A stretch of DNA of 64,000 nt from Hemiscyllium ocellatum (taxonomy: Eukaryota): positions 12,018,909 to 12,082,908 of the forward strand of contig NC_083430.1 of assembly GCF_020745735.1 (NCBI RefSeq). The letters are read 5' to 3'. The number at the start of each line of letters is the position of its first letter. The first letter of the stretch is position 1. Positions 1-11,320 of this stretch are shown here, piece by piece. The position numbers were made by a program, and so were the translations under genes. The notes beneath the pieces were generated by a model. It had not been told where the DNA came from. It saw only the letters and a list, made by a program, of their open reading frames with translations, and ran no database searches.

Positions 1-351
1 ATCATTTACTGCATCCACTGCACCCGATGTGGCCTCCTCTATATTGGGGAGACAGGTCGCCTACTTGTGGAACGTTTCAGAGAACACCTCTGGGACACCC
101 GGACCAACCAAGCCTACCACCCCGTGGCTCAACACTTCAACTCTCCCTCCCACTCCACCAAGGACATGCAGGTCCTTGGACTCCTCCATCGCCAGACCAT
201 AGCAACACGACGGCTGGAGGAAGAGCGCCTCACCTTCTGCCTAGGAACCCTCCAACCACAAGGGATGAACTCAGATTTCTCCAGTTTCCTCATTTCCCCT
301 CCCCCCACCTTGTCTCAGTCCCAGCCCTTGAACTCAGCACCACCTTTCTAA
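1..351 (+). pseudogene. PLE GIY-YIG endonuclease domain fragment (open to stop at 351; 5' part lies outside the window)
   Basis: IYC-x2-C-x2-C-x3-YIGETGR, R-x2-EH and HFN motifs typical of Penelope-like GIY-YIG domains; no stop before 349-351. Confidence 0.85.
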
Positions 352-505
352 CCTGCAATCTTCTTCCTGACCTCTCCGCCCCCATCCCCACTCCGGACTA
401 TCACCCTCACCTTAACCTTCTTCCACCTATCGCACTTCAAACGCCTCTCCCCCAAGTCCCTCCTCCCTACCTTTTATCTTAGCCTGCTTGGCACACTCTC
501 CTCAT

Positions 506-537
506 TCCTGAAGAAGGGCTCATGCCCGAAACGTCGA
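506..537 (+). ncRNA. Minimal type I hammerhead ribozyme in PLE pLTR (intact core)
   Basis: tc-CTGAAGA-a-GGGC-tcat-GCCC-GAAA-C-GTC^ga: core boxes CUGANGA and GAAA, 4-bp stem II, palindromic ACGT in place of stem III (dimer-type), GUC cleavage triplet. Confidence 0.8.
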
Positions 538-927
538 TTCTCCTGCTCCTTGGATGCTGCCTGACCTGCTGCGCCTTCCCAGCAAAACATTTTCAGCTCT
601 GATCTCCAGCATCTGCAGTCCTCACTTTCTCCTAGAAGATCTTTATGTGCTCTGCTAGCTTTAGGGATTTGTGAATAATTATCCAAGATCCCTCTGTTCC
701 TTTGAGCCACCCAGTGTCCTGCCATTAATTACATACACCCTAATCTTATGTTTTTCTTCCAAAATATCAGGGCTAAATATCATTTGGCACTGCTCAGCTC
801 ATCTGACTAACACATCCATATCTTCCTGTAACCTGCAACCACCTTCTTCACTATTAACCACCCTTCGTGCTGTCAACTTGCCTGGTTTGAAATCTAAACA
901 ACATTTGTCGACAATATATCATCACCT

Positions 928-2340
928 AATAAAAGAAAGAACTGCGAATGCTGGAAATCTGAAACAAGAAGAGAAAGTGTTGGAGAAATTCAAAATACCT
1001 GGCAGCGTTTGTGGAGAGAGCAACAGAGTTAGTGACTTGAGTCACTGACCCTTCGTCATAACTGAAAGCAGCTGGGAAATTACGGCATTTATGGTGATGA
1101 GAGGTAAGGGAAAAGGATGAGTGAAATAGATGGAGAGAATGAAAGAAAAAAAAAGTGAAGCCAACAAGGGAATTGTTGATAGCAAGCCAGGACAGAAATA
1201 AATGCTAAATAGGTGTTAAGGGGAAATGAATAGTTGAACATAAGTTGGCTGTGCTAGGAGTAACCTGTATAGAACAAAGTCTGTGGGTGGAGGGCGAGGG
1301 TAAGAAACATGGAGGAAGATGTTCATGTTCTGAAATTGTTAAATACAAAGATGAGTGCTGAAGGCTGTATGGTGCCTAGGTAATAGATGAGATGTTGTTG
1401 CTCCAGCTTACATTGGGCTTCTCTGGAGCATGTAGCAGGACTGAGGTAAAAGGTTGGCATGGGAACACGGAGGTGCATTGAAGTGGCAGGCAACTGGAAG
1501 CCCAGGGTCATTTCTACAGATGAAGTGGAGGTATTTGGCAATGCAGTCACCCAGCCCGCATTTGTCTCCCCAGTGTAAAAGAGAGCATGTTATTGCAGTG
1601 AGTACAGTAGACTAGATTGAATGAGGTTTGGATAAATCACTGCTTCATTTGGAAAGTGTGTCTAGAGTCTTGGGTGGTGAGGAGGAAGGAAGTTAAGGGT
1701 AAAGTGTTACACCATCTGCGATTGCACAGGAAGGTGCCATGGGAGTGTGGAGAGGTGTTGGAAGTTGAGGAGGAGTGAACCAGGATGTCCTGGAGAAAAC
1801 AGTCCCTGTGGGATGCTGAAAAAGGGAGTGTGAGGGAATGTATGTCTGCTGGTGGCATCCTGCTGGAGGTGATGGAAATGGTGGTTTACAAACCTCTGAA
1901 TGCAGAGGCTGATGGGGTGGAATGTAAGGACAATGGGAATTCTCTTGTTATTGTGACAGGGAAGGGAGGTGGCTGAAGACTCTGTTAACCATGATAGCAG
2001 GGAATCCTCGGTTCAGGAAAAAGGTGGATATTTCTGAGACCAAATGCAGAAGGTGACAACATCAGAACAGATGTAATAGAGATGGAGAAATTGGGAGAAT
2101 GGAATGGAGTCCTTACAAGAAGCAATGTATGAGAATATGAAGTGCAGGCGTTATGCAAGTCAATGAGTTTGTAGCAGATGTCAGTGGCCAGCCTGCCCCC
2201 TGTAGTCTGGTAACAGAGATGTCAAAAAAGGGAATGGAGAAGTCAGAGATAGATCAGGTGAAGAGGGAAGGATAGAAATTAGAAGCAAGATTGATCATTT
2301 TTCTCAATTCCAGAGAGCGAGGAAAACAACACCAATGATA
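928..2340 (-). mobile_element. Older, decayed Penelope-like element (pLTR about 928-1065, ORF relics about 1320-2340)
   Basis: Minus-strand peptides ...KLEQQHLIYYLGTIQPSALIFVFNNFR and ...HGTFLCNRRWCNT...HTFQMKQ parallel the GIY-YIG region at 1-351; degenerate pLTR of the second subfamily. Confidence 0.75.
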
Positions 2341-4304
2341 TCATCATTAAATGCTGCAGTTCCATGGTAATGCCAATCAGAGAGACCATTTGCTGACCAA
2401 TCTGCACTCTCCTTTCATACTGCAGAAATGCTGTTTTTCCCCCTTTCATGGTATTCTTGTGAAATGTCCTGACGAATGTGAATTGGAAAGTGACACTGAT
2501 ATACTAATCACCAGGTTATGACTGTCCAAACATTATTTCACAAGTGGATTTACAGTTGTCAGAACATGGAGAATGTCATCTTCTCTCTGAACTCAGGGGT
2601 CAAGTTGAAAGAAAGATGTGCATTTAAATACATTGAGATGTTCCAAAATACTTATAGTCAATTAAGTACAGTGATTGTTGTTATGCAGGGGTCAATTTGC
2701 CAGGGGTCATATTTGATATTTCATCTAAAATACAGCATTTCAGATGTGGCTGTCATACTAAACGCTAGCCTGAAATAGCCACTTGAGATTCTGAAATAGG
2801 GCTTGAAACCATAACCTTTTGACTCAGAGGTGAGTGTGCAATTACTGTCCAAATCTGACAGTTAGGTTAGTGGGATAGTGTCAGCCGCTGAAAAGCAGCT
2901 TTTATGTTTATCACAACCTATAATTCTCGCCTCTCTTTATGTCATGTGGAAGGAACAAATAATGCAAAGCATTTTCTTGCTGCTGTTCTGAGCTTAGAAT
3001 TGCTAGAGATGTTACCTGTGCCCTTAAAAGCATATAACAGATGTCCTAACTAGCCATCATATATGTAAATCATATTTTATGATGATGGTATGCTTTTAGT
3101 AAACACATCCCCTGCTGCCTTACCTGCCTGTCTGAGTCCACTAGAAACTGCTTCTCTTTCGGGACAGGAGACGAGTTGCAATAGATTAAAATTAGTACTT
3201 TATACCAAGTGTACTAAATCCTTGCTACTTAATTCCCTTCCTATTTGCCCAGGTGTGATTGAAATATTTGTATTCAATTTATCAACCAGTTCATACTCAT
3301 ACTGAGGAAATAGCCATTGCTAGGGTTTACTCTGTCCCTTACAAAGGAAAGGGAAAATGTCACAAATGGAGTGAATTTATTATTGAATTTTCCTTCCCTG
3401 ATCATCCTGAGTCCTCATTATATTTAATTCATGATTTTGGGAGTACAGATTTTCTGGTTTTGGACATGAAGGAGGTGATGTGATGTGTGCCTGAAACAAA
3501 AGTTTGATGCTGCCTCAGATTGTATCTAAATAATAGGGGTGTGCTACTGTCCATGTTTCATCCATATCCCTGAAACATTAATTGCAGACCATGCACCACA
3601 CAACCAGTTATATGAATAATCCATTCTGCTGTAACTAATTTGTATGAGCTCTCTATACTATTGCTACTATAAGGTAGATTTGCAGCCACCATCCTCTTTC
3701 AAAGTAGGTAACTTTTGCTGCTCTTGAATTCAAAGGAGCTTTTAAAGATTTAAAAATAAATTTACTTTTTGCGGCCTGCCATTGCTCAGTCCCAGTAGCT
3801 ACGTAAACCTTGTGTGTGACACGGGCCTGTCCACTCGCCATATCTCAATTTCTGTGACTGATTAAATCTCAGATCCACATCAATGGGGCCTAAGGCAGTC
3901 AGTAGGGAGGTCTGTAAAGCTTCTCATGTCCAATTTTAGGTTGTATGTTTTCTTGGCCATCTTAAGGTGAAAGAGATTGATTCCTCAAGTTGACATTTTA
4001 AAACAGGACGATGTTCTACCCTTTTATGTCATCTCCGATTGTAACTCATTTTTTTCCAACAGAACTGGCAAAGCTTTTCATTTCATGATCAGCTTGGTGA
4101 CCTTTCTTGTTCTTTCAGTCTATAGCTTTGTCAACTCATGTCCCATTCCAATTAAAATACCTGATATGAGTCCTCTCCCCTTCCACTTATTAAAATCCTG
4201 GTTACGCCATGCACTTTTGTGCTTGCCCTCCATCTCAGATGCCAACAATAAAATAAAATCACGAGCTGAGGTCCTGTGGATTTGTAAGGTTGGAAGTTAT
4301 AGTT

Positions 4305-5228
4305 ATGGAGTCGTATAGAAATAGACCCTTTGGTCCAACTCATCCATGTCATCCCAGGAATCAAAAACTTTACATATGAGGAAGGTTTGAGGCATCTGGG
4401 TCTATACTTGATGGAGTTTAGAAGGATGAGGGGGGAATCTAATTTAAATATACAGAATACTGAATGGCCTGGACAGTGTAGATGTTGGGAAGATGTTTCC
4501 ATTGGTAGGCGAGAGTGAGACCCGAGGGCACAGCCTTAGAGTAAAGGGAAGACCTTTTAGAACAGAGATAAGGAGAAACTTCTTCAGTCAAAGAGTGCTG
4601 AATCTGTGGAATTCATTGCCACAGAAGGCTCTGGAGACCAAGTTGTCGAGTATATTTAAGACCGAGATAGATAGGTTCTTGAGTATCAAGGGGATCAAGG
4701 GTAATGGGGAGAAAGCAGGAGAATGGGGTTGAGAAACTCATCAACCATAATTGGCGAAGCAGACCCGATGGGCTGAATGGCCTAATTTCAACTCCTATGT
4801 CCTATGGTCTAAATATTCTAAATTAATCTTGTCCCATTTGCCAGCCTTTGAACAATATTTCTCTAAACCCTTCCTATTCAGATGCCGTTTACATGCTGTA
4901 ATTGTACCCACCTCCACCACTTTCTCTGGTAGCTAATTCCATATACATACCATTCTCTACATGAAAAAGTTGCCCCTTAGGTTCATTTTATATCTTTCCT
5001 GTCTCACCCTAAAAACCTATGCCCTCTTGTTTTGGAATCCCCTACCCTGGGGAAAAGACCTTGGCTATTCAACCTATCTGTGGCCCTCATGATTTTATAA
5101 ACCTCTATAAGGTCACCTGTCAGGGTACAACCCTTAGGGAAAATAGCTTCAGCCTATTCAGCTTCTCCCTCTAGTTCAAACCTTCCAAACCCGACCATAT
5201 CCTTGTAAATCGTTTCTACACCCTTTTA
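4305..5228 (-). mobile_element. CR1 LINE 3' fragment, interrupted by a plus-strand CR1
   Basis: Matches the reverse of the CR1 3' end seen at 15100-15560; split at 4347/4811. Confidence 0.8.
4348..4810 (+). mobile_element. CR1 LINE 3' end (nested)
   Basis: LGLYLMEFRRMRG and TRGHSLRVKGRPFRTEIRRNFFSQRVLNLWNSLP, the CR1 ORF2 C-terminus; 3' UTR ending CCTATGTCCTATGGTCT. Confidence 0.88.
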
Positions 5229-5744
5229 GTTTTCCCTTATTTTATCTGGAATTTGTGAGGCAGTTTCCAGATTCTATTGAAGTTTTCAATTGTGAACATT
5301 TCATGAGGAGACATCTGTAGCACCTGTAAATTCTATGTATTGTGGATCTTATGATATTGCAGATCATTTGTATAGTTGCCAAGTTAGTGACCCTTGCGCC
5401 AACCATGTATATTACTTAACCACTTTGGGTTAATCTTCACCAGAAACACTCATTTTACATCATGATGATTGGAAGTGCTTTAACACGGGAACGTTATTCA
5501 TGTTTTGTGATTCACTGCTCGTACAACCTGTTGTGGGATTGATATGGGGATCTGCTTTTCGCAGCATGATAATATAGTATTTGACATTACCAGTTGCTGT
5601 TAAGTGGGCTTTGTTTTATAGCAACAAAACTAATGTTTGCAATTTGTGAGATTGACAATTAATGTCAGTTCATAGGATGGATGGCACTGTTTAGTGCCTT
5701 AATGATACCTCTTGCTAACTCAATTTCAGCTACAATTCTTATAT

Positions 5745-5971
5745 AAGGGTAAAAAATGAGGTCTGCAGATGCTGGAGATCACAGTTGAAAATGCGTTGCT
5801 GGTTAAAGCACAGCAGGTCAGGCAGCATCCAAGGAATAGGAAATTCGACGTTTCGGGCATAAGCCCGTCATCAGGAATGAGCTGATGAAGGGCTTATGCC
5901 CAAAACGTCGAATTTCCTATTCCTTGGATGCTGCCTGACCTGCTGTGCTTTAACCAGCAACGCATTTTCAA
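5745..5971. mobile_element. Fold-back PLE pLTR insertion with a hammerhead on each strand
   Basis: About 90 bp near-perfect inverted arms with a 7 nt spacer; 15 bp TSD CTACAATTCTTATAT at 5730-5744 and 5972-5986. Confidence 0.9.
5845..5876 (-). ncRNA. Minimal hammerhead ribozyme (intact core, minus strand)
   Basis: Reverse complement: tc-CTGATGA-c-GGGC-ttat-GCCC-GAAA-C-GTC-ga. The partner plus-strand copy at 5882-5911 has GAAA changed to AAAA. Confidence 0.72.
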
Positions 5972-8419
5972 CTACAATTCTTATATGTTAATTTCATTAA
6001 AATATGCACACACTGGGGCCGGAAAGTGATTGACAGCATCTGTCAGACTGCTGGTGCTAAGGAGGAGAAAGAGACAGTCCAGGTGCTTCTTTTCACAACT
6101 GCATCTCCAAGAAAAATGGTTGATTAAACTTGAATGAGATAGAAATAGATCAAATGGCAGAAATCTCTCATCTTGAAACTTTGACTATTTTTTGCATTTC
6201 TGGTGCCGATGCTCCCAATTTCCATCTGTTATTGAATGAGAGGGAAATTGATCTTTAAAGAACGGACCACAATGCTAATAATTAGTGAGAGAATTTGGAA
6301 CAGTTCAAAAAATGCACAACATAATAAATTTTTCTCTCTTCTTTCAGCATATTTATAATACAAGCTCCATCCACCCCCACCAACAGAAAATCCACAAACC
6401 TTTAAAATTAACATTGTTATCTCTTTAATATTCTGGAAAGTGTGCACACCACATACTGATCATTTCATACTCAGGTGTTTTATGGTCATTCCTATATTTA
6501 TATTGTTCACATGTATTCTGAGCTCAGACTAATTTCAACTTCAGGGTCCAGTCACCATCCACAGCAAATGCATTCTAAAGTCTCCAGAATCATCATCTCC
6601 AGCATCTACAAGTGGATTAATATATCTTTTTTGAACTTTTAAAAGCACCTTTCTGAATGAATGCACTACATAGTACAATATTACCAAAAAATCATAGGTC
6701 ATAGGAGCATAAGGTGGCTATTCAGCCCATTAAGTCTGCACTACCATTCAAAGAGGTCAAAGCTGATCTAATAATCCTCGACTCTACTTTTCTGCCTTCC
6801 CCCCAATCCTTGATTCTCTTAATGATTAAAATTCAATATACTTAAGGACCCAAAATCTGTCATTCTCCAACGTAAAGAAATTCACAAAATCACTCCACTC
6901 TGAGGGAAGAAATTCCTCCTCATCTCTGTATTAATTAGTAACCTTTTATTCTGAGATTATGGCCTCTGGTCCTGTACTCTATTCTTCCTGTTAAAGGGCA
7001 TAATCTCACATTTTCCTACATTATATTCCACCTGACAAGTATTTGTCCACTTACTTAAAATTTCTATATCCATCTGCAGTCTCTTTGAGTCATCCTCACC
7101 ACTTGCCTTCCTCATTATTTTTGTGTTATTCACAAACCCGTTTATAGTGCATTCACTTCCCTCATCCAATACATTAATATACTTCATCAATAATTGTGGC
7201 CCCAGCTCTTATCCCTCTGATACTCGAATGATAACAGGTTGCTATCCTGACAATGCCCCTCAGATCTATCTTTTCGATTAGTTAGCCAATTCTTTGTCCA
7301 TATTAACAGACTACCTCCAACACCATGGGCTCTTATTTTATTAGGTAACCTAAAGTCTAGTACCTTCTCAAACACCCAATGGAAATCCAGTACTTCCCTT
7401 TATTTATCGTGCTTCTTATTTCCTCAAATAATGCTAATAAATTTGTTAGACATGATCTCCCCTTCATGAATTTGTGCTGATGCTGCAGAATCGTATTATA
7501 TATGGCTAAATGCTCTGCTATTATATCCTTTATAACAGATTCTACCATTTTACCAATGCCACATATTAGGTTAATTGGCCTATAGATACTTGTGTTTTTG
7601 TCTCCTTTCCTTTCTGAATAAAAAGATTAACTTGGCAGTTTTCAAATCCTCTGGGACTTTTCTAGAATCTAAGCATTCTTGAACAAATACAGCCAGTGCA
7701 TCCCTTATCTCTGTAGCTACTTATTTTAATATCTGAGGATACATCCCATCAACTCACGGGGACTTGATCGTCTTTAGCCCGAATAGTTTCTTTGACACTT
7801 TCTTGTGATAATTAATATATTTACTTTCACTCATTTTGTTCCAAGATTATTTAATAATTTTGGAATTTCATAGGTATCTTCTACCCTAAAGACTGATGTA
7901 AAATATTTATTCAACTACCATTTCCTGATTTCCCATTATTATCTCCCAAATCTTGTTCTCTCAGGGACCTATGTTCACTTTGCCTCCCTTTTCCTTTTTA
8001 TATATTCAAAGAAGCTCTTGCTGCTTGTCTCAATGTTGCAAGTTTACCCTCAAAGTTTATTTTCTCCCTTTCCTAGTTGTCTTTTGTTTGTTTATTAAAC
8101 TAGCCCTGTTCCCTGTTTTATCATTAATCTTTGCCAAATTGTATATTTCTTTTTCTTTCAATCTGATGCTATCCTTAACTTCCCTGGTTGGCCTATCTCT
8201 TTCCAAGAATGCTTCTTTCATACTGGATTGTATCTTTGTTCTGAGTCATAAACTATTTTCTTACATGTCTGTCATTTTACCACAACTGTCTTTGCCGCTA
8301 AACTCCTTTCCTAGTCCACTCCAGTTAACTTTGCCCTCCTTTCTTTGTAGCTGCCCTTATTAAGCTGAGCACATTATTTCTGACCCAAATTCCATCCACT
8401 CAAACTGAATGCTAAATCC

Positions 8420-8629
8420 ATGGAGAAAGTGAGGACTGCAGATCCTAGAAATCAGAGTCGAAGAGTGTGGTGGTGCTGGAAAAGCACAGCCCGTCAGGCT
8501 GCATCCGGAGGATCAGGAGAATCGACATTTCGGTTGCAAGCCTCATTCCTGATGAAGGGCTTATGCCCGAAATGTTGACTCTCCTGCTCCTTGATGAGCT
8601 GTGCTTTTCCAGCACCACGCTCTTTGACT
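8420..8629. mobile_element. Fold-back PLE pLTR insertion
   Basis: Inverted pLTR arms; 15 bp TSD CTGAATGCTAAATCC at 8405-8419 and 8630-8644; hammerhead relic CTGATGAAGGGCTTATGCCCGAAATGTTGA. Confidence 0.88.
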
Positions 8630-8668
8630 CTGAATGCTAAATCCTTCCATGTTTTGATCAGTGCTTCA

Positions 8669-8998
8669 TTAGATTAGATTAGATTAGATTATTTACAGCA
8701 TGGAAACAGGCCCTTTGGCCCAACAAGTCCACACCGACCCGCCGAAGCGCAACCCACCCAAACCCATTCCCCTACATTTACCCCTTCTCCTAACACTACG
8801 GGCAATTTATCATGGCCAATTCACCTAACCTGCACATTTTTTGAACTGTGGGAGGAAACCGGAGCACCCGGTGGAAACCCACACAGACACAGGGAGAATG
8901 TGCAAACTCCACACAGTCAGCTGCCTGAGGCGGGAAATGAACCCGGGTCTCTGGCGCTGTGAGGCAGCAGTGCTAACCACTTAGCCACCGTGCCGCCC
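8669..8998 (-). mobile_element. HE1-type tRNA-derived SINE, full length
   Basis: Head with Pol III A/B-box-like motifs, conserved body (GTGTGGAGTTTGCACATTCTCC), (TAATC)n tail. Confidence 0.9.
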
Positions 8999-10539
8999 CG
9001 TGTCGCTTCCTAGGAGATCCTTTACTCTGTTATCATCTATTTAGAAGTACCTCAGTACACTTCACCTGATACAAAATAGCCTGACCCACGGTTTGAAACC
9101 ATAACATGTTGTTCTAGAAAACTGTTCTGAATACAGTTCATGCATTTTTCTTTGTGGCTACCTCTGCCATTTTGACCATCCCAATCTATATGAAAATTAC
9201 AGTTATCCATATTAATACCTCATTAGCTCTTGATTGTTTCTCTTATCCACCATATAGCCACTGTTATAGATTACTCCTACCAGTGTTTTTTCCCCCTTTT
9301 TATCTCTTACTTCTACACGTATGGATTCTACATTTTCCGATTGAAGATAATTTTCTGTTATCGTATTCAGTCTATTTCATACCAACTATACTACCCACCA
9401 ACCTTTTCATTTTTTCTGTCCTTTCAAAAAATCACACACCCCTGAATTTTTAATTGCTCGTTTTGACCTCCTTGTAGCCATCTCTCTAATAATGGCTATG
9501 GGATCGTACTGATTAACTACTATATGTTCTATTAATTCATTTGTTTCATTTTGAATACTACATACATGCAAATAAAGAATCACTGAGTTTGCAATTTTGG
9601 CTTTTTTCCCTCTGATGTTTTCCCACTCTTGATATCGTTATCCAAATAATTGTCCTGTATAAAATTCCAGGTCCTCTTGATTTGGAAACCAACATTTCCC
9701 CTCTCTCAAACCTTTCCCCCTCGAATTAGTTTAAAGCCCTCACTATAACCCGAACTATTTGACTTACCAGGACACAGGTCCCAGCATGTTTCAGGTGAAG
9801 CCTATCTCACTGGAACAGTTCCCTTCTATCCCAAAGCTGGTGGCAGTGCCTCATGGACTTACTCTTAAGTTCTGAGGAAGGGTCATCAAACCGGAAATGT
9901 TAACTCTGATTTCTCTCCAAAGATGCTGCTGTTTTTGTGCCTCATAAACTTACACCCATTCCACCCACAATCTTTGAGCCAAGTATCAAACTCCTTGACT
10001 TTATTTACCCTGAGCCAGTTTGACTACCCCTCAGGTGTTAATTCAGAGATTATTACCTTGGAGGTTCTGCATCTTAATTTAGCTCCTACATTTTTCAAAT
10101 TTTAGCATTTTAGCAGATATACAAATTGTGAATGGAGTTTAAAAGGTTGAATATGCATCCTCATAATGAAGATATTTAGAACCACCTTTGTGTTTTGTCT
10201 TCCATGGGTTAAAGGCTCCACCTTAAATCACATAATTTCCATCTTCATTATCTTTATTTCACTTGAATCAAGACTGGTAGGAGTATTGACATTTCTAGAC
10301 AGTTGGGGAATGCTTTGGAGAAATAGACAACCTTTGGAAATAAAAATAAATGTCAGTAAAGGATCAATGAAAGAAGAAATCTGCTAAATTTTGGTTGGGT
10401 CCAATTTATCAGCTAGTTTTCCAGAATACAACTGATAATTATAATTACAAAACAGTACAGAGAGAAGCTAAGGGAAATCCCCATTAACACCCATAGACAC
10501 AAGGTTGGCTAAATTTGCAAAGAGTGCCATCTTTGCAAA

Positions 10540-10870
10540 GCGATGGCCTGGCGGTATTATTACCGGGCTGTTAATCCAGAGGCCCAGGTAATATTCTGTC
10601 GAACCAGGCTTGAATCCCATCGTGATAGATGGTGGAATTTGAATTCAATAAAAATTTTGGATTAGGTGTCTGGTGATGACTGTGAATCCATTGTCAGGAA
10701 AATCTCATCTGCTTCACTAGCATCCTTTAAGGAAGGAAACTACCATCCTTACCTGGTCTGGCCTACATGTGACTCCAGACCTACAGCAATGCATATTCAA
10801 CCTTTTAAACTCCATTCACAATGTGGTTGTGTTTTAACTAACCTCTGGGCAACTAGGGATAGACAATAAT
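10540..10870 (+). mobile_element. Second tRNA-head SINE family (other copies at about 28870-28960, 30955-31262, 35765-36120 minus, 60130-60490)
   Basis: Shared blocks GATGGTGGAATTTGAATTCAATAAA, AAGGAAA..C.TCCTTAC.TGGTC.GGCCT.CATGTGACTC.AGACC and GGCAA..AGGGAT.GACAATAA between copies. Confidence 0.65.
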
Positions 10871-10877
10871 TGGTGAC

Positions 10878-10977
10878 ATACAGGGAGAGCACACAAACTC
10901 CACACAGACTGAAAGTGAACCCAGGCCTGTGGTGTGGTGAAACAGCAGTGCTAACCACTGAGTTACCATGCTGCCCT
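10878..10977 (-). mobile_element. HE1 SINE 5' fragment
   Basis: CAAACTCCACACAGAC...CAGCAGTGCTAACCACTGAG matches the other HE1 heads. Confidence 0.75.
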
Positions 10978-11124
10978 TGCTGACTGTGATCATTTGTGTT
11001 GGAAACAATCCACTTGCTTCTCAAGTGAAAGAGAAGGGATCAAGCAGAGTTATTATATTTCTACAGAGTCACATAATTAATGCATTTCATGTTGTTATGG
11101 GGGAATGGCTCAGGAAACCACTTG

Positions 11125-11320
11125 TGAGATCGTGATGCAGTCTTTCCGACAAATCAAAAAATACTGAAATGGTGGATGTGGGTACAATATTTAAACGATA
11201 TTTGGGTAAGTACATGAATAAGAAATGTTTGGAGAGTTATGGGCCAAGCATAGGAAGATGGAACTAGGTTAGTTGGACTGAATGGTCTGTTTCTGTGCTG
11301 TATGATTCTATGGCTCTATG
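11125..11320 (+). mobile_element. CR1 3' terminal fragment
   Basis: ...GGACTGAATGGTCTGTTTCTGTGCTGTATGATTCTATGGCTCTATG 3' UTR. Confidence 0.7.

Larger units (their letters stand above)
1..640 (+). mobile_element. 3' end of a Penelope-like retroelement (GIY-YIG endonuclease C-terminus, C-rich tract and pLTR)
   Basis: Frame +1 reads IIYCIHCTRCGLLYIGETGRLLVERFREHL...PVAQHFNSPSHS...LGTLQPQGMN. This is followed by a C-rich tract and the pLTR ending ...CTCACTTTCTCCTAG, which recurs across the window. Confidence 0.92.
6690..10100 (-). mobile_element. Long decayed CR1 LINE with nested PLE and SINE insertions
   Basis: Minus-strand ORF2 relics (QHKFMKGRSCLTNLLALFEE, KIRAHGVGG, DDSKRLQMDIEILSKW, YNVGKCEIM); 3' UTR near 6690; endonuclease-region relics at about 8300-9200. 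Confidence 0.8.

Noticed and set aside
5783-5973. Pre-miRNA, terminator or DNA-transposon MITE interpretation of the long hairpins
   Set aside because: The arms are pLTR sequence identical in type to the PLE 3' end at 500-635, are asymmetric, and have variable-length TSDs typical of retrotransposition.
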